This document shows positions 1 to 11,933 of a stretch of 64,000 nt of DNA, in pieces. The position numbers and the translations under genes are program-made. Within the stretch, counting starts at the first letter, position 1. Every line of letters begins with the position of its first letter. Source of the stretch: Amphiscolops sp. MND2022 (taxonomy: Eukaryota); assembly GCA_964187785.1 (NCBI GenBank), contig OZ076413.1, positions 41,604,001-41,668,000 of the forward strand, given 5' to 3'. The notes under the pieces are model-generated. The model saw only the letters and a list, made by a program, of their open reading frames with translations. It did not search any database and was not told the origin of the DNA.

Positions 1-2
1 AG

Positions 3-3000
3 AAGACTCAACAACCATTGACTGCCCGTGACAGTCCCTCGAGCAAGCCACCACCCGACAAAAAGATTTCCAACGAGAAGGCCACAACCTCCAAAGCGCC
101 AGACCAAACGAAGTCAAAAGTGTCGGAAGCATGCGTGCTTCCCTCACCCCAATCACAACCGGACGTAACAGGCGAACAACAAGGACTGCCGCAACCACCA
201 TCCACGCAGTCTACAACACGCGAGTCGCTGGCTCAACGAGCGACTCCCAAGCCCTCCACATCAGGACAGCCACAATCGGAGCAAACTGTGGGTTATCAAG
301 GCACCCCTGTATCCCAGCGAACTGTCAAGGACATAATGGGTGATTACCCAGGGTTGAAAGTGACCAACAGTGGTCCAACTGGAACCCCGCTCCGGAAACA
401 GGCGATTCAACACCCAACTAAGAGGACCTTTACGAAACAGCCGACGTACCTGAGTCCCATGCAAAACACAAAGGGCACACTGGTCACCAAGGACTCCCGA
501 CGTATCTGGGAATCGGCAGTCATAGTATCGCCCGAATGGCTATTTGAGAAGAACATGTGTCCTCCGAATGACGAAGAACATGCGAAACTGAAGAAGGCGA
601 ATGTACCCGTATTCATGAATCGTCCAATCCGCCCAGACCACACTCCTACCAATGAGCCGCCATGGCTAGGGAAGGCAATGAATATGCTGCCAAACGTGGA
701 TGACAATTACCTAGATGCCCTCAACGTTGACCTTCGTGGGCAATTCGCCGATCGATATTTCCTCAACGCTGGAGAGACCTTTGAGATCAACCCACGGTAC
801 GCCCGTGATCTCGAAGCCCAGCTACCGATGCCAAAAGAAAGGTTGCAGCGTGCGCGCTTCGCCTTACTTATTGACTCAACATTCCTCAAGAATGTCCCTA
901 TTTGACAACGTGTTGTCAGACGTGATGGTTTTTACTCTACCGCTGTCACGTATTCCCGAGATGGCCGAAGTGTTGGTCACCATGTTTGACCCTGAGATGA
1001 CAGGAACCTTCAAAGAGCCACCTCCACGTAGAGTGATCATCAGCAACGTTTTCGATCACATGGCCTGTGAAGGACTAATGGCCCAGATCGCGAACGTTGA
1101 GATTATGAATCCAAGTCCGGCTCAGCGAACAACGGTACGCAATGCAGCATTGAACATGGCCCGAGCCATGGAGAAAGCCCAAAACATCTTGAAAGACAAA
1201 CTCAAGGTGCCAGCCCTGTTCGTGACACCCCCAGGTTTTTGCCAATGGCCCCCCGCCTTGCAGAGATTCATATACATGGTGACAGAAGTTTGCAAGTGCA
1301 GAGAAATAGACTTTGCGATCTGCGCGCCCAATATGCGGATTAGCTCCAATGACTTTCGCCCCTCCTGGCTGTCCTACATGGGGTACATTGCCTCAGTGTC
1401 TAAAGTGCTACAGTCAGTAGAGAAAACAGGGAACGCGCAGCTGACAATCGACGATGCCATTTACTTTGATCACGGCACTCGCATGGGCTTGTTGGTGTTC
1501 AACAAGGACGGAGAAAGGCGAGTCCCAGAGCCCAGTACGGCTGAATGCGAGGCAATCCGCCTGAATAACTGGATAGAGCGCGCGCGCTCATCCAGTGGAA
1601 AGACTTGTATCAAAACCGATCTTGCAGAAGTCACTGCCACAATGAGCAAAGTCCTCAGCGACCGAGAAGTAGAACGAGCCATCCCGCGAGTTCAATTTGC
1701 CAAGGACCTCACAATCGATCAATTATCAGTGGGAATGAAGTACATTGCTGCAAAATTGACGAGCGAAACTCAGGCTGAAATCCAAGCCTTCAGCAGCACC
1801 TACGACGCCTGGTACCAGCGGCTACAAACTACCACCGTAGCAGACATTGCAAAAGAGCTTGGGATGTCAACCGACCAGTTTGCCATCTGTTTGGGATTGG
1901 GTTGGAGTCCCGATGTTATTCGAGTCGAGTTCGATTTAGAGGAGAGTTGGTTGATCGAAATCAGCGAGATTATCGGTACCGTGCAGGTGAACGAACTCTT
2001 TGCACTAATGCTCACTTTCGGGCAGAAACGCTTTGTAGCTGGCCCAATGATGATATTGACTGACCTGGTTACCGAGTGTAATCTGGAATGGCTATTTTCA
2101 TATCTGGTGATTGCACGAGGGAATATCTCAGGCCTCATCGCCCTAGCCAAGCTGTTGCAACGGAAAGACGCTCAGGATTATCCCGCTCACCTGGAGCGTA
2201 TGACAACTTCATTATATCACTGGATATATTGCAGTCTGGTCTTTGCCTCGGGACTCTTCGTGGGGGTGGATAAGCACCAACCGTTATATGATGGACGTCA
2301 GCTAGTGACCGAGGTAGCTGGATTTTTGACACCCAACCAGCTGGCAGATTTCACTTTGGCTGAAGTCGAAGATCTTATACCGGTGTTAGCACCCGTGCTA
2401 ACTCCGATATTTGGCCCAACCGGGATACTCCGATATCCCACCAAGCCTCTGAGACTGGCCTCGGAGACGTTAACGGTATCCATCCTAACTTATCTGAAGA
2501 ACGTGAAACCACACAACTATCAACAGATGCTTGAACGTGGGCTGTTTCTGCTAGTACCACGTATGTATACCACAATAAAGAATGAGACACAGCAAGACGA
2601 AAACCTGGCCGGTATTCTCAAAGCCCGAACAAAGAAGGCGAGCCCTTTACCTCGCGAATACGGCCCGGTGAATTGGTATAATTCTCCCCTAGACCACCTC
2701 GGAATCCCACAGCGATTCAATTGGAGTTTCGCACACCTCAGGAAGTACGTGACCGAGTGTGTGCAAACCATGGGCGGTCACACGAATCAGGAGTACAATT
2801 TCCAAATGATTAAGCTTCCAGCCAGGTACTGGCGAGGACCCATCGGTTATATCCGGGCCAAGCCAATCAGTATGGTCGAGAAGGGCTTTGATGAGCAGTA
2901 TGCCTATCGCGACCACTACAAACTTGGCGTGTGGATGTCAAGAACCCTGGAGGAGCGCCAAGGACGCCTAAAAGGTTTGATCATCCCCCCACTGACAATG

Positions 3001-3552
3001 CCTGTTTGGAATCCAGAGGCGAGGGTTACTATGGGAAGCGACATGCCAGCGGAGACTTGCTACCACGTCATGGAATTGCTAAGTGATCCCCTCGGACCCG
3101 AATGGGAAGCCTCTAGGCAAATCATAGAGCATGCGAATAGGGACAACTGGTCCAGAGCCTGCGGGCTCTGGGGCCGACCTGATCTACGCCCGAAACTCAG
3201 TGCGAAACAGAAACGACCCATTGCCACCCGCAATAGACCGCTGGATCTACCGCACTTGTTTAATGCTAGTAGACTGGACGTGCAGATCCCAATCTCCATG
3301 TCAACCACAAGTTCTGCCAATGTTAGCGGCTCAGCCAATGCAGCGCAAGAACATTCGCCAGAAGCATCAACTCCGGTAGCCGCAGAAAATGGCCCTGGTG
3401 GCTCAAACGCAGCTCCTAGGACCCATGATACCGCCAGCGCCGAACCAAAGCCAGTCATGCGAGGAGGAAATACGCGAAGAGGATCTCTGTCTGAACTGCA
3501 ACCAAAGGCAGACGTCTCCCCCAGAGCGCGTCACTCCTCTGCCACCCAGTAA
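3..3552 (+). CDS. Retroelement-associated accessory protein (~1180 aa if ORFs 18-905 and 892-3552 are joined across a 1-nt frameshift); S/P/T/Q-rich N-terminus, SGNH-like domain, helical region, disordered tail
   Basis: Intronless frames of 295 and 945 codons that overlap. The first frame is open to the window edge. LLIDS...PLSRIPE...VIISNVFD...DFRPS spacing resembles SGNH blocks I, II, III and V. Confidence 0.6.
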
Positions 3553-4563
3553 AACAGAACTAACTTTGTCGTCATTCAATTTCCAACTTCAATAGTCTTA
3601 TGCTAGATAAAATTTTGCGAAATCTCATGGTTTCAATCTCTGTTGTTGCTAAGCTTCGATTATGGAAATGCCAATTGGTCATGGGTGAAAATCTCCAAGT
3701 GGAGATGAAGCCCCCGGGCTTCATCTTCTTTGTTATTCCGTTTTGGGACCGGCAACCCAACCATGAAACTGCGTTCTTGCCTTGCCTTAGTTATATGCAA
3801 TGTTCAATTTGCAATTTGTGTTTGCAGTTAGTGCTTTTTCATGCTACTTTATGCTACATGTGGATGCGCTGTGCGCACTCCGTACTCTAAATTTTCGGTG
3901 CTATTACACCCTTTTAGTTGCTAGTTATCGTTCACACTGTTGCCATTGTCGAAAAAGACAAAAAGAAAAGGTAAAGGAAAAGGAAACAAGAAGGGAGAGA
4001 TGAGAAATGAATAGAATAAAAAGATTGATGAACCTCGACCATTGTTTTTCTTGAGCTATCTGATAGGATCGAGAGTAAGTCTCGCAAAAGAAATTTTAAA
4101 TTGACCGTACTAATTAATTGATTTTATGGCAACTGCTTACCAAAAGAACTTTTATCAAACGCCAAGCAGTGCGAAGCTCCCGAGCTTCGGAAAATATGTT
4201 TCGAACAGTCATGTGATGGTCGTTGACCTTAAAACAAGTTTTAACACTAACGGCAAATAAAAACTTTTTTTTGAATGGCCGAAAAGAAATTTTAACGCCT
4301 GAATTGCTCACGACAGGCTACAAAAAGCAATGACCTTGCCGTATAAGATTTGTATACAAAGTTGTATTGATTTGATCAAAATGCAGCAACGCTGGGTCAA
4401 AAATACTTCCACGAGGCCAACTTGACGATGTCCCGATGAACCGTCCAGCGCTACTTGATGTGCACTCTACCTCCTCAGTGGGACACAAATGACTCTGGGT
4501 ACAAACTCAATGACGCCAACCCACACTTGACGGGGACGTCAAGACTAGACCCCGGGGAGTGTA

Positions 4564-5243
4564 TGTAGCGATTACCTATCGAGTGCACGATTTCGAAATT
4601 TTCGATGAAAATTTCGTTCAAGGGACTATATCTCCTCTACTAAAGAGTCATATTCCGCCAGACGGTAGCGTGTCTTTATTCAAGTACCTGTCCACGGAAT
4701 TGAAGAGGATTTGAGCAAGAGACTCGAAAGAGACCCCCAACCGAACGAGAAGATTGCAGAAAAACACGGCCACTGTCAGAAAAAGACTCAAATTTCTGCC
4801 AAGACGGACTGAACTTTGTTCTAACCAGTGCTTTCTTCAGCGAAACGTTACAAGACGCTGTGATTACCAAAAATGAGTCAATTAGCTTGACCAAGCATCC
4901 GTGCTTGTGTCCCCGGCTAATTGCTGCCTCAAAAGTGCTAATTATGTAGTAATTTTCGTATTTTCTTGTTGTAACAGCTCGTGAGCTACTCATTTCGATC
5001 TCCTGTGTAACTTTGAAAAAACTTGATTTTTCCTTTCCACCACTTGCATTTTTTAAAGGCTGTCTAAGTGTTGGTTTCGAAGAAAAAGCGTAATGCGCAC
5101 TACTGATAGCAATTACAGACTGGATCAGGCCGGCGAGCACTTCACAAGAAGCGGAATCCTCCTCTGACGGGACAGTTTTTACCCGAAAGAGGCAAAATGA
5201 GCTCATGGTCATGGGCGCCTGTCCCGGGCAAATACCCATATCA
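4564..5243 (+). repeat. Putative 3' LTR (~680 bp)
   Basis: Begins TG right after the purine tract and ends ...CCCATATCA. The right boundary is approximate. Confidence 0.5.
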
Positions 5244-5697
5244 TGTGTTCCTCTAACTCTTATGGTTACGACGACAATGGTGAGAGCTTGTCGTTACATA
5301 CCACTGAGCTAGGAATGAAGGACTTCCTTTCCCTTATGATACTCTTTCTGTGCAATATCACAAACTCAGTTAGGATTCGATACTCACGATACAGCGGATC
5401 GATTGCCATTCGAACTTTCTGATCCAATATATTGTTCATTTTCAAAAAAATACCACAGATCTGTTTGTACCTTTCTCTGCTCAACATTAGGGTAAAGTCG
5501 GCGCAAAGCCTTTGATTTAAATTTACGCATAATTGACTTCTCAGCATAATTCAAGAAGTATTCTAGAATAATAAGGACCGAAGCGACCAATTTCATAGCA
5601 TTCATAATCTTGAAGCAAAGCACTTACAGCAAAAAAAATTAAATTATCAAAAGGGGTCAAATTTTGGTTTGTTTCCATCACAAAACTGACATCCAAC

Positions 5698-5907
5698 CTG
5701 CTTCCAATGGCAACAGCTGCACTTTGTGATCTTGCCTCATTCATAGGTTCCACTTCCGTCCATCCCCCTACTGGGTTTGCTCTAGCATTCAGCCTCAATT
5801 TTTCAACCCTGAGACCGACATGCTTCGTATTTGACAACAACGATTGAAAACCACCACAAACGAAAATAGCATCTGGATTGGTGGCGACACAGGCAGCAAA
5901 TTGATGC
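5698..5907 (-). CDS. Kelch-repeat exon (RHQFAACVATNPDAIFVCGG...GWTEVEPMNEARSQSAAVAIG)
   Basis: TTTCAG acceptor and GTTGG donor. Phase 2 matches the preceding exon. Kelch signatures: hydrophobic-GG and W-x4-M-x3-R. Confidence 0.8.
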
Positions 5908-6117
5908 CTGAAATTTCGATAGAACCAAGAATTCAGATAGAAATCATTTTTAAATTATAGTCTAAAAAAGCCATAAATTTAAAGTCTCGAGTGTAACTAA
6001 TGACGAAGAGTGTCAAGGAAAACTTTTGAAAAACGTTTCAACATTCAAAATATTTAGCACTTTTCGACACAAAATCTTGTCTGATTTTGACAATTTTTGT
6101 CCTTTTATGGCACGTAC

Positions 6118-6299
6118 CGCTTCATGATCATGCTCGGTCCCGCGGTCCATTTTTGGGTCGTTGAATTGTAAATGTGCACATTTTCTGAAGATTGTTGTGT
6201 TTCCTCGTCAAACCCACCTATCAGATACAGATTATCGCTCACGCATTCAGCTTCAAAGTAACGCATGTGGTGAGGATTCTCTTTCAGTCTGCTCCATCC
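6118..6299 (-). CDS. Kelch-repeat exon (GWSRLKENPHHMRYFEAECVSDNLYLIGGFDEETQQSSENVHIYNSTTQKWTAGPSMIMKR)
   Basis: Textbook Kelch motif LYLIGG...VHIY...KW...PSM..KR, with GTACGT donor at 6117. The 5' boundary is uncertain: either a TAG acceptor at 6301-6300 or a frameshifted extension to 6416. Confidence 0.85.
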
Positions 6300-6416
6300 C
6301 TAGTTGGCAAAATTCTTTTTTATCGCAAAGTTCTTGACACATAATGCACTTTCCTTGGTTTCCTGCATCGATTGACTTCCTTTCAAGATCTTGTAGAGAA
6401 AGTTTTTCTTTGAGAT

Positions 6417-8581
6417 TGTTACGACATATGTTCGGGTCGTTTTGCGTAGAATTTATTCTAACTGATTTTGTCGGAGTATAAAAGTTTCTAGTTTCGTTCT
6501 CCGTTCCTTCATCGAAGTTATCCCTAACATTCTCCCTTGTTTTAGGTTTGAGGAGTTCCAACATCTCCTTTTGAGATTCAATGAGGAGATTCTTAATCTC
6601 GGAAGATATCTCCTCTTTCAAAGAAGCTCTTAGATTCTCCAAGAGGCTATTTTCAATTCGGGGCGATTTTGGTCTAGATGGGCCCGCTACTTCTACGTCC
6701 TGGTTTGAGGAACAGGGATTTTCCATTACTATTGGCGAAACAAAACCTTCACTTACGTTTCTATCACCTGCTTGCTGATCATTCCTTCTTTTCTGGCTTC
6801 TTGTTGTTGACATTTTGTTGTGGAAAAGTTTTATCTTGAAAAATTGAATTTCTTTCAGAGATATTTTCTAACAAAGTTAGGCAAATTGAGAGTTTGGCGG
6901 AAATTGAGAATTCAACTGAATTGAACAATTGCAAAAGACTGAGTCCCTTAATCATCAAATCCTATCATATTTATACCCTCCCAGCATCATTTGATCACGA
7001 ACAAAGCCCTAATTTTCCTCGAACAAGTAGTCATTTCCTGTATTTTCGATGAAAAAATCAGTTTGTTCCCAATTTTACGTCGACTTGTCGTCAATTTTTG
7101 AGACACGACGTTCTTCATTCAGTATTAGTCATCACACATATTCATATCATTTCAACCCGGCGTCCTTTTGTTTCCTCCCGAGCAGGAAGTAGATATTACT
7201 TCAGTCTGTCAAACCGGAAATGATTCCCTGTTTTACTGCTTCGGTTCGCGGGAAATTGACGCTGAGATGACGCTGACGTGAACTACAAATACCTGATTTT
7301 GAACTTCGGTTTGATGAAAATGCTATGACTAATTCCAATGCGGGATTATTTGAGTGATGCTAAGACGACATTTTATAGAATTGGACTCATTCTTTCGTTG
7401 GAAATAGGAATAAAAATCGTAATATCAAAATAATACACCATTAGCAATTTTGGCATGACGCGCCAAGTGCGACAAGTTTTACAAAATTAACAGCAACTTT
7501 TGTTGAATAGCAACGACAATGCAACGCATTTAATGGATAGCAACGATGAATTAGTATGGGAAATATGATCACGATCATAAGGATAGCGTTCAATATCATA
7601 GAGTAGAAAAATGCGAAGTATATGAAAATACATTTTCAGTACAAAATATACTTTAGTTGAAAGCATAAACTGTGACTTTCTGATTATTTTACTATGAACT
7701 CCCATAGTGGATAAATGGCTTATGTAAGGGACTTTCCTTGTTGTTGAAAAATGCAAGACGATTAACTAACGTGGATTTGAACTATCCTATATGTGTCAAA
7801 TCTATTTTAAGTTAGTACCTTAAGTTATAGGATTACCGCCTCTACACTTATTTTACGAATTGAAATAACCTGCATTCATTTTCTTTTAGCATAATAACAA
7901 TTTTAGTGCGATGAAACCTTAACTGATCTTGCAAATTCATCCATTTTGTTCAATCTCATAAACTTGGCAACGTCATGTTGACGAGTTTTCTTGGCAGAAT
8001 AGAGATTTTGACTAGTTTGACGCAATGCTGACGAGTATTTTAGAAATGAGTCTCTCGCTAGCTGCCGGAGCAGTGACGTCACGATGGCGGTAAATTGGAA
8101 TGATTTCTAGTAACGCTATTAGTATAGGCGGATAATTGGAATGATTTTCTGGTACGCATATGCGAGGCAGTGACGTCAATTGGTATACCTTCAAACTTGT
8201 CTGCGTCTTACTGACGACAAGTATACATGTATTCTTATAATTTTCGCCGCTTTGCTTATTCAGCGCAATATCGACGTCCTGAATCACACTAATTGCCGTT
8301 CAAAGCGTAATTAAGTTGCTTTTCTTAGAAAAGGCCAAATTCTCCGGCGTGCCATCTCATTGTGTTTTCTATTTTAGATCTAATTGATGTTCTTTTGAAT
8401 AATGATTTTGTCTGTATTTTCATTTAGATTAGACTATGATTCTCTTATTTCAACGCGTGTTTTAATCCAGTTTTCAGGTGGTGAATGTTATTGATTTGAC
8501 GCGACCAAAGCGTCTCAACCGGAAATGTAAAAATCTTTTTAGCATTTTCATTCTTTGTAACTAGTTTCATTTGAAAATTCC
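6417..8581 (-). mobile_element. LTR-like terminus (family 'MTTRSQKR', copy 1) with TATA box and gag-like N-terminal ORF starting at 6813
   Basis: Terminus reads ...GTCGTAACA on minus, the same as at 61262. TATAAAT at ~6969-6975 in the context CAAATGATGCT..AGGGTATA shared with copy 4. The ORF MSTTRSQKRR is homologous to 61640. Confidence 0.7.
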
Positions 8582-11170
8582 TGTCGTAAGCACTAGCATT
8601 TGTGGTTCCGTCAATTAGACAATCACGGAATTGCTCACTTCTTGAGTTTTTTCTAGTTTTATTAGAGCAGTTTTCTTCGGGATTAATTTCCGGTCTCTCG
8701 GACGGAACGTTCCATCTTTTTTGTGTCAAATGGCCCGATCCGGAATATAGGGCAGTTTGAATCTGAGGCAATATTTGACTATCAATTGCATCACTAATTG
8801 CCCTGTGGATCTGGGTATTGACACTACTCATCATCCCATCTACTTCTCTAGATAACCTCGAGTTCAACTCGCTCAACAACGTGTTAATCTCAGCATTAGA
8901 ACTAGTCCCGACTGAATTCTGGCCGTGATCGGCATTTATCCCTTTACTGACAACTCGTAGACTTGAGTACATGTTTTCATCGTCATTTCCAAAGTTATTG
9001 CTAATGGCATTTTCGGGCCTTCTAGCAAGATTCCTGTCTAAGCTTTCTCCTCTTTCTTTGAATATGCATTGAAGAAAGTCCGAGCGAAAATTGTGAATTA
9101 TCTTGTTCGGAAATTAGGATTTTGTACGTTGTATCGTAAACAGGTATGTCAAACTAAACTTGGAGAAGCAAAATACAATTGTGTCCCTCTTGGGAAAAAT
9201 ACTAAAATATATACCCCTGAGAGGGTGACACTCAAATTCCTTGCATAACAATCTATTTACAGATTCCATAAAGGGCACATGACTATGGCGGGTGACCACT
9301 AACATCCATTCGTTTTTAGCGGCGCCAACTACATCAAAGCACTTTAGGAATTTGTCCCGTTAGGGTCAAAGGACATTCATACCTAGTTCATTCGCAGCAA
9401 CATCATTTAAAGTTTACATAAAATATGGAATGCACTCAAATGCATTTTCTAACTGCAAATACTATCATCAAAGGGGAGCGGAGGAATTTAGCTTTATTAT
9501 ATTAGGCAAACAACACTTTGACCAAACATCAAAACTAATACTTTCAAATTGTTTACAGTGAGAGGAATGAAAACTATTTAGCGACACGTGCCTACACACG
9601 TGCGTAGAATCAACAAAACAAAGACACAGCTTCATGCAATAGAAATGAACATAATATAGTAATATGGCCCGATACGGCCATTGGACTTGGAAACTGGCCA
9701 TTAGCGAAGGCCGGAATAGGACAGGTGACGGGTATTCGGATTGCTACTACTGGTCGTTATTATAGCACTAATTGGATTTAGAAAGCTCATTAACATCTTC
9801 AAGTATATAAATATAATCTTACATGACTGTAATACAATCTCATTCATGCTTAAAAGCATCTCTAATGATAATAAGCAAAATGGCCTAAACCGGCCATTTG
9901 CCTTTTGTCCTGCATTACCAATCTAATATAATGTCAAGTGGCCATATACGGCCAATCCATCAAAAATGTGTACAGCGCTTTACACAATCTGGCCTGAATA
10001 GGCTAATTGCCCCGTACTAAGTAATCAATATTAAATACTGGTCAAACGGCCTTAACCGTCTGAAAGAGTTAAGTTTGGGATATAGTTAGGTAATACTGCA
10101 CTAGAGGGGTTATTTAGCCTAAGAGTACAAGCACGTGAATCCTGGTTAAGTGTGAGAACAATTAGCATCACAAATGTGCTTTATGTGAAATGGCCGGAAC
10201 CGGCCGTTTGACTGAATATTTATTAAAAGTAGCAACGTTATGTCCACAAGCCTTATTCGGCCATTAATGAATGGAAGTATCAACTGCGTAGCAAATGGAG
10301 TAATTTGATTGGACAAGGCCGCGTGCTCAAGTGACGTTTCTGGTACAGGATTTTATCAATAGCAACTATAATTAAAACAATTAGCAATTCCTCTCCTAAC
10401 ACCTTTAATCATTGCTTCTGACGTATTAAGACAGCTTCAAGTACTTTCCAAGAAAATACACAGCACTACTGATTAAATAGCACATATTACGTGATGAAAG
10501 CTAATTAGGCCGGAACCGGCCATTGGACCAGCGTTTGCGAGCATAGTAGTTAGATTAAGGCAAGCGGCCATAACCGGCCAAATAATGTATTGCTGAGAGA
10601 TAATACTAACTATACTGCACTGTGATTGGTTGATTTTCAGTTTTAACATTAAAATGTAGGAAGCGTTCCTGGTGCGATGTTTTGTCCGTCTGCTGATGTT
10701 GTGATGATTGTTCCATTGCAGGCGGCAGCCTGCGACAATTCCGTTGATCAGACGTAATTTTGTCTTCCTAGTCACAGTTTATTTGTTTGTTTTAACAGTT
10801 AAAGTATGCTTTTGCGAACCTCGCAATGCAGCCATGGCCTCTCCCGAAGCCGACTCTTAAACACCCACAACCCAGTCCGGGAGCGGACTGTGACAGAGAT
10901 ATCTGACAATGATTACATTTCCTTGTAAGATGCTTGGAATGGATACATTCTTCTGCAAGATCTTCAAGGAATGAATTAAAAGGATGTTGCAAGATCCTAC
11001 ATAAATTTTACGAGGAAAGTAAATTTGGGAAAGGATACCTTTTTTTTCCACCAAGAATGTCTTCCGTTTGTTGCTACCACTTGTATTATATCCTCTCCTA
11101 TGGCTAGAATACTCTTTGAGGCGTGTACTGATTCAATTTTGTCTGCACTGCTACTCGTAGCATCATCAGG
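8582..11170 (-). mobile_element. Second LTR-like element (copy 2), apparently nested in copy 1; gag-like N-terminal fragment 8582-~9060, AT-rich region with GGCC array, decayed ORF tail 10780-11170
   Basis: Terminus ...CTTACGACA on minus. Peptide NAEINTLLSELNSRLSREVD...ISDAIDSQILPQIQ resembles copy 3. The LCHSPLP peptide is shared with 63291-63557. The 5' part runs toward the assembly gap. Confidence 0.55.
9666..10579. repeat. Dispersed array of ~10 palindromic GGCC-N6-GGCC motifs
   Basis: Motif starts at 9666, 9709, 9882, 9940, 9991, 10048, 10192, 10249, 10508 and 10566; six are perfect. Confidence 0.85.
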
Positions 11171-11246
11171 AGCTGAAATATATTTTCAGTTAAATGTTAA
11201 TTTTGCTGAAATATATTTTCAGTTGAATGTTAATTTAGCTGTTTTC

Positions 11247-11446
11247 NNNNNNNNNNNNNNNNNNNNNNNNNNNNNNNNNNNNNNNNNNNNNNNNNNNNNN
11301 NNNNNNNNNNNNNNNNNNNNNNNNNNNNNNNNNNNNNNNNNNNNNNNNNNNNNNNNNNNNNNNNNNNNNNNNNNNNNNNNNNNNNNNNNNNNNNNNNNNN
11401 NNNNNNNNNNNNNNNNNNNNNNNNNNNNNNNNNNNNNNNNNNNNNN
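11247..11446. other. Assembly gap (200 N), preceded by a 33-bp tandem unit (11172-11246)
   Basis: Run of N. GCTGAAATATATTTTCAGTT(A/G)AATGTTAATTT occurs twice just before it. Confidence 0.99.
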
Positions 11447-11840
11447 TAGTTTCAAAAACAAGTTAACTTCCAACACATTCATTTAAATGTCAAACACTTT
11501 TTTTGCGTCAAAGCTCGTAGAATGGCTTAATCGAGTACCGTTGCGCTAATGATGACTAGCAGAAAAAATAACAGAGAATGTCTAAATTAAGAGAATGTCT
11601 ACAGTCGGTGCCCTGCTGAAGGCTCAAAAGCACCGATATTTATAAATTGTTTTCAATATGTAAGAATATGCAAGATCTTGGTAATAGTTTCAAGATATTT
11701 TGCACTTGGTTGAATGTTGTTAGCGAGCATTAATTTGACTGATTGTTAGAGTAGAATTGGTCTTAAAAGATCTTCGAGTTGGTCCATCTCAAAAATATCT
11801 AGCAGTTTTTTGGAAGCACATTGACGTAAATCATGCTAAC

Positions 11841-11933
11841 CTTTGACTTTTTGAGTCCGAAATGGATACCCGTGATCAGTTTTCTCGGGCATAGGTTGCC
11901 TTCCATGCACTGCCATCTGTGTGAAAGCAGAAG
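11841..11933 (-). CDS. Candidate internal exon of RING/B-box/Kelch gene (SAFTQMAVHGRQPMPEKTDHGYPFRTQKVK)
   Basis: TTTTCAG acceptor and AAAG|GTTAGC donor. 93 nt, phase 1-1, open. No recognisable domain. Confidence 0.45.

Larger units (their letters stand above)
1..5243 (+). mobile_element. 3' part of an LTR retrotransposon (probably Gypsy-like): large extra ORF, ~1 kb 3' UTR, purine tract and 3' LTR
   Basis: GGGGAG purine tract at 4554-4559 followed by TGTAGCG at 4564. The start of this LTR resembles the LTR-like repeat at 27995 (TGTAACG...TTCGAAATTTT). Putative CA end at ~5243. gag/pol are not in the window. Confidence 0.6.

Noticed and set aside
407..3458. Multiple minus-strand ORFs under the large plus-strand ORF
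   Set aside because: Antisense shadows of a GC-richer coding region with no motifs.
5266..5623. Next Kelch exon
   Set aside because: No GG/W Kelch signature in any minus frame; the remaining blades are probably outside the window.
9666..10579. GGCC array as a CRISPR-like repeat-spacer locus
   Set aside because: The conserved part is only 8 of 14 nt and the spacing is irregular; kept as a binding-site array instead.
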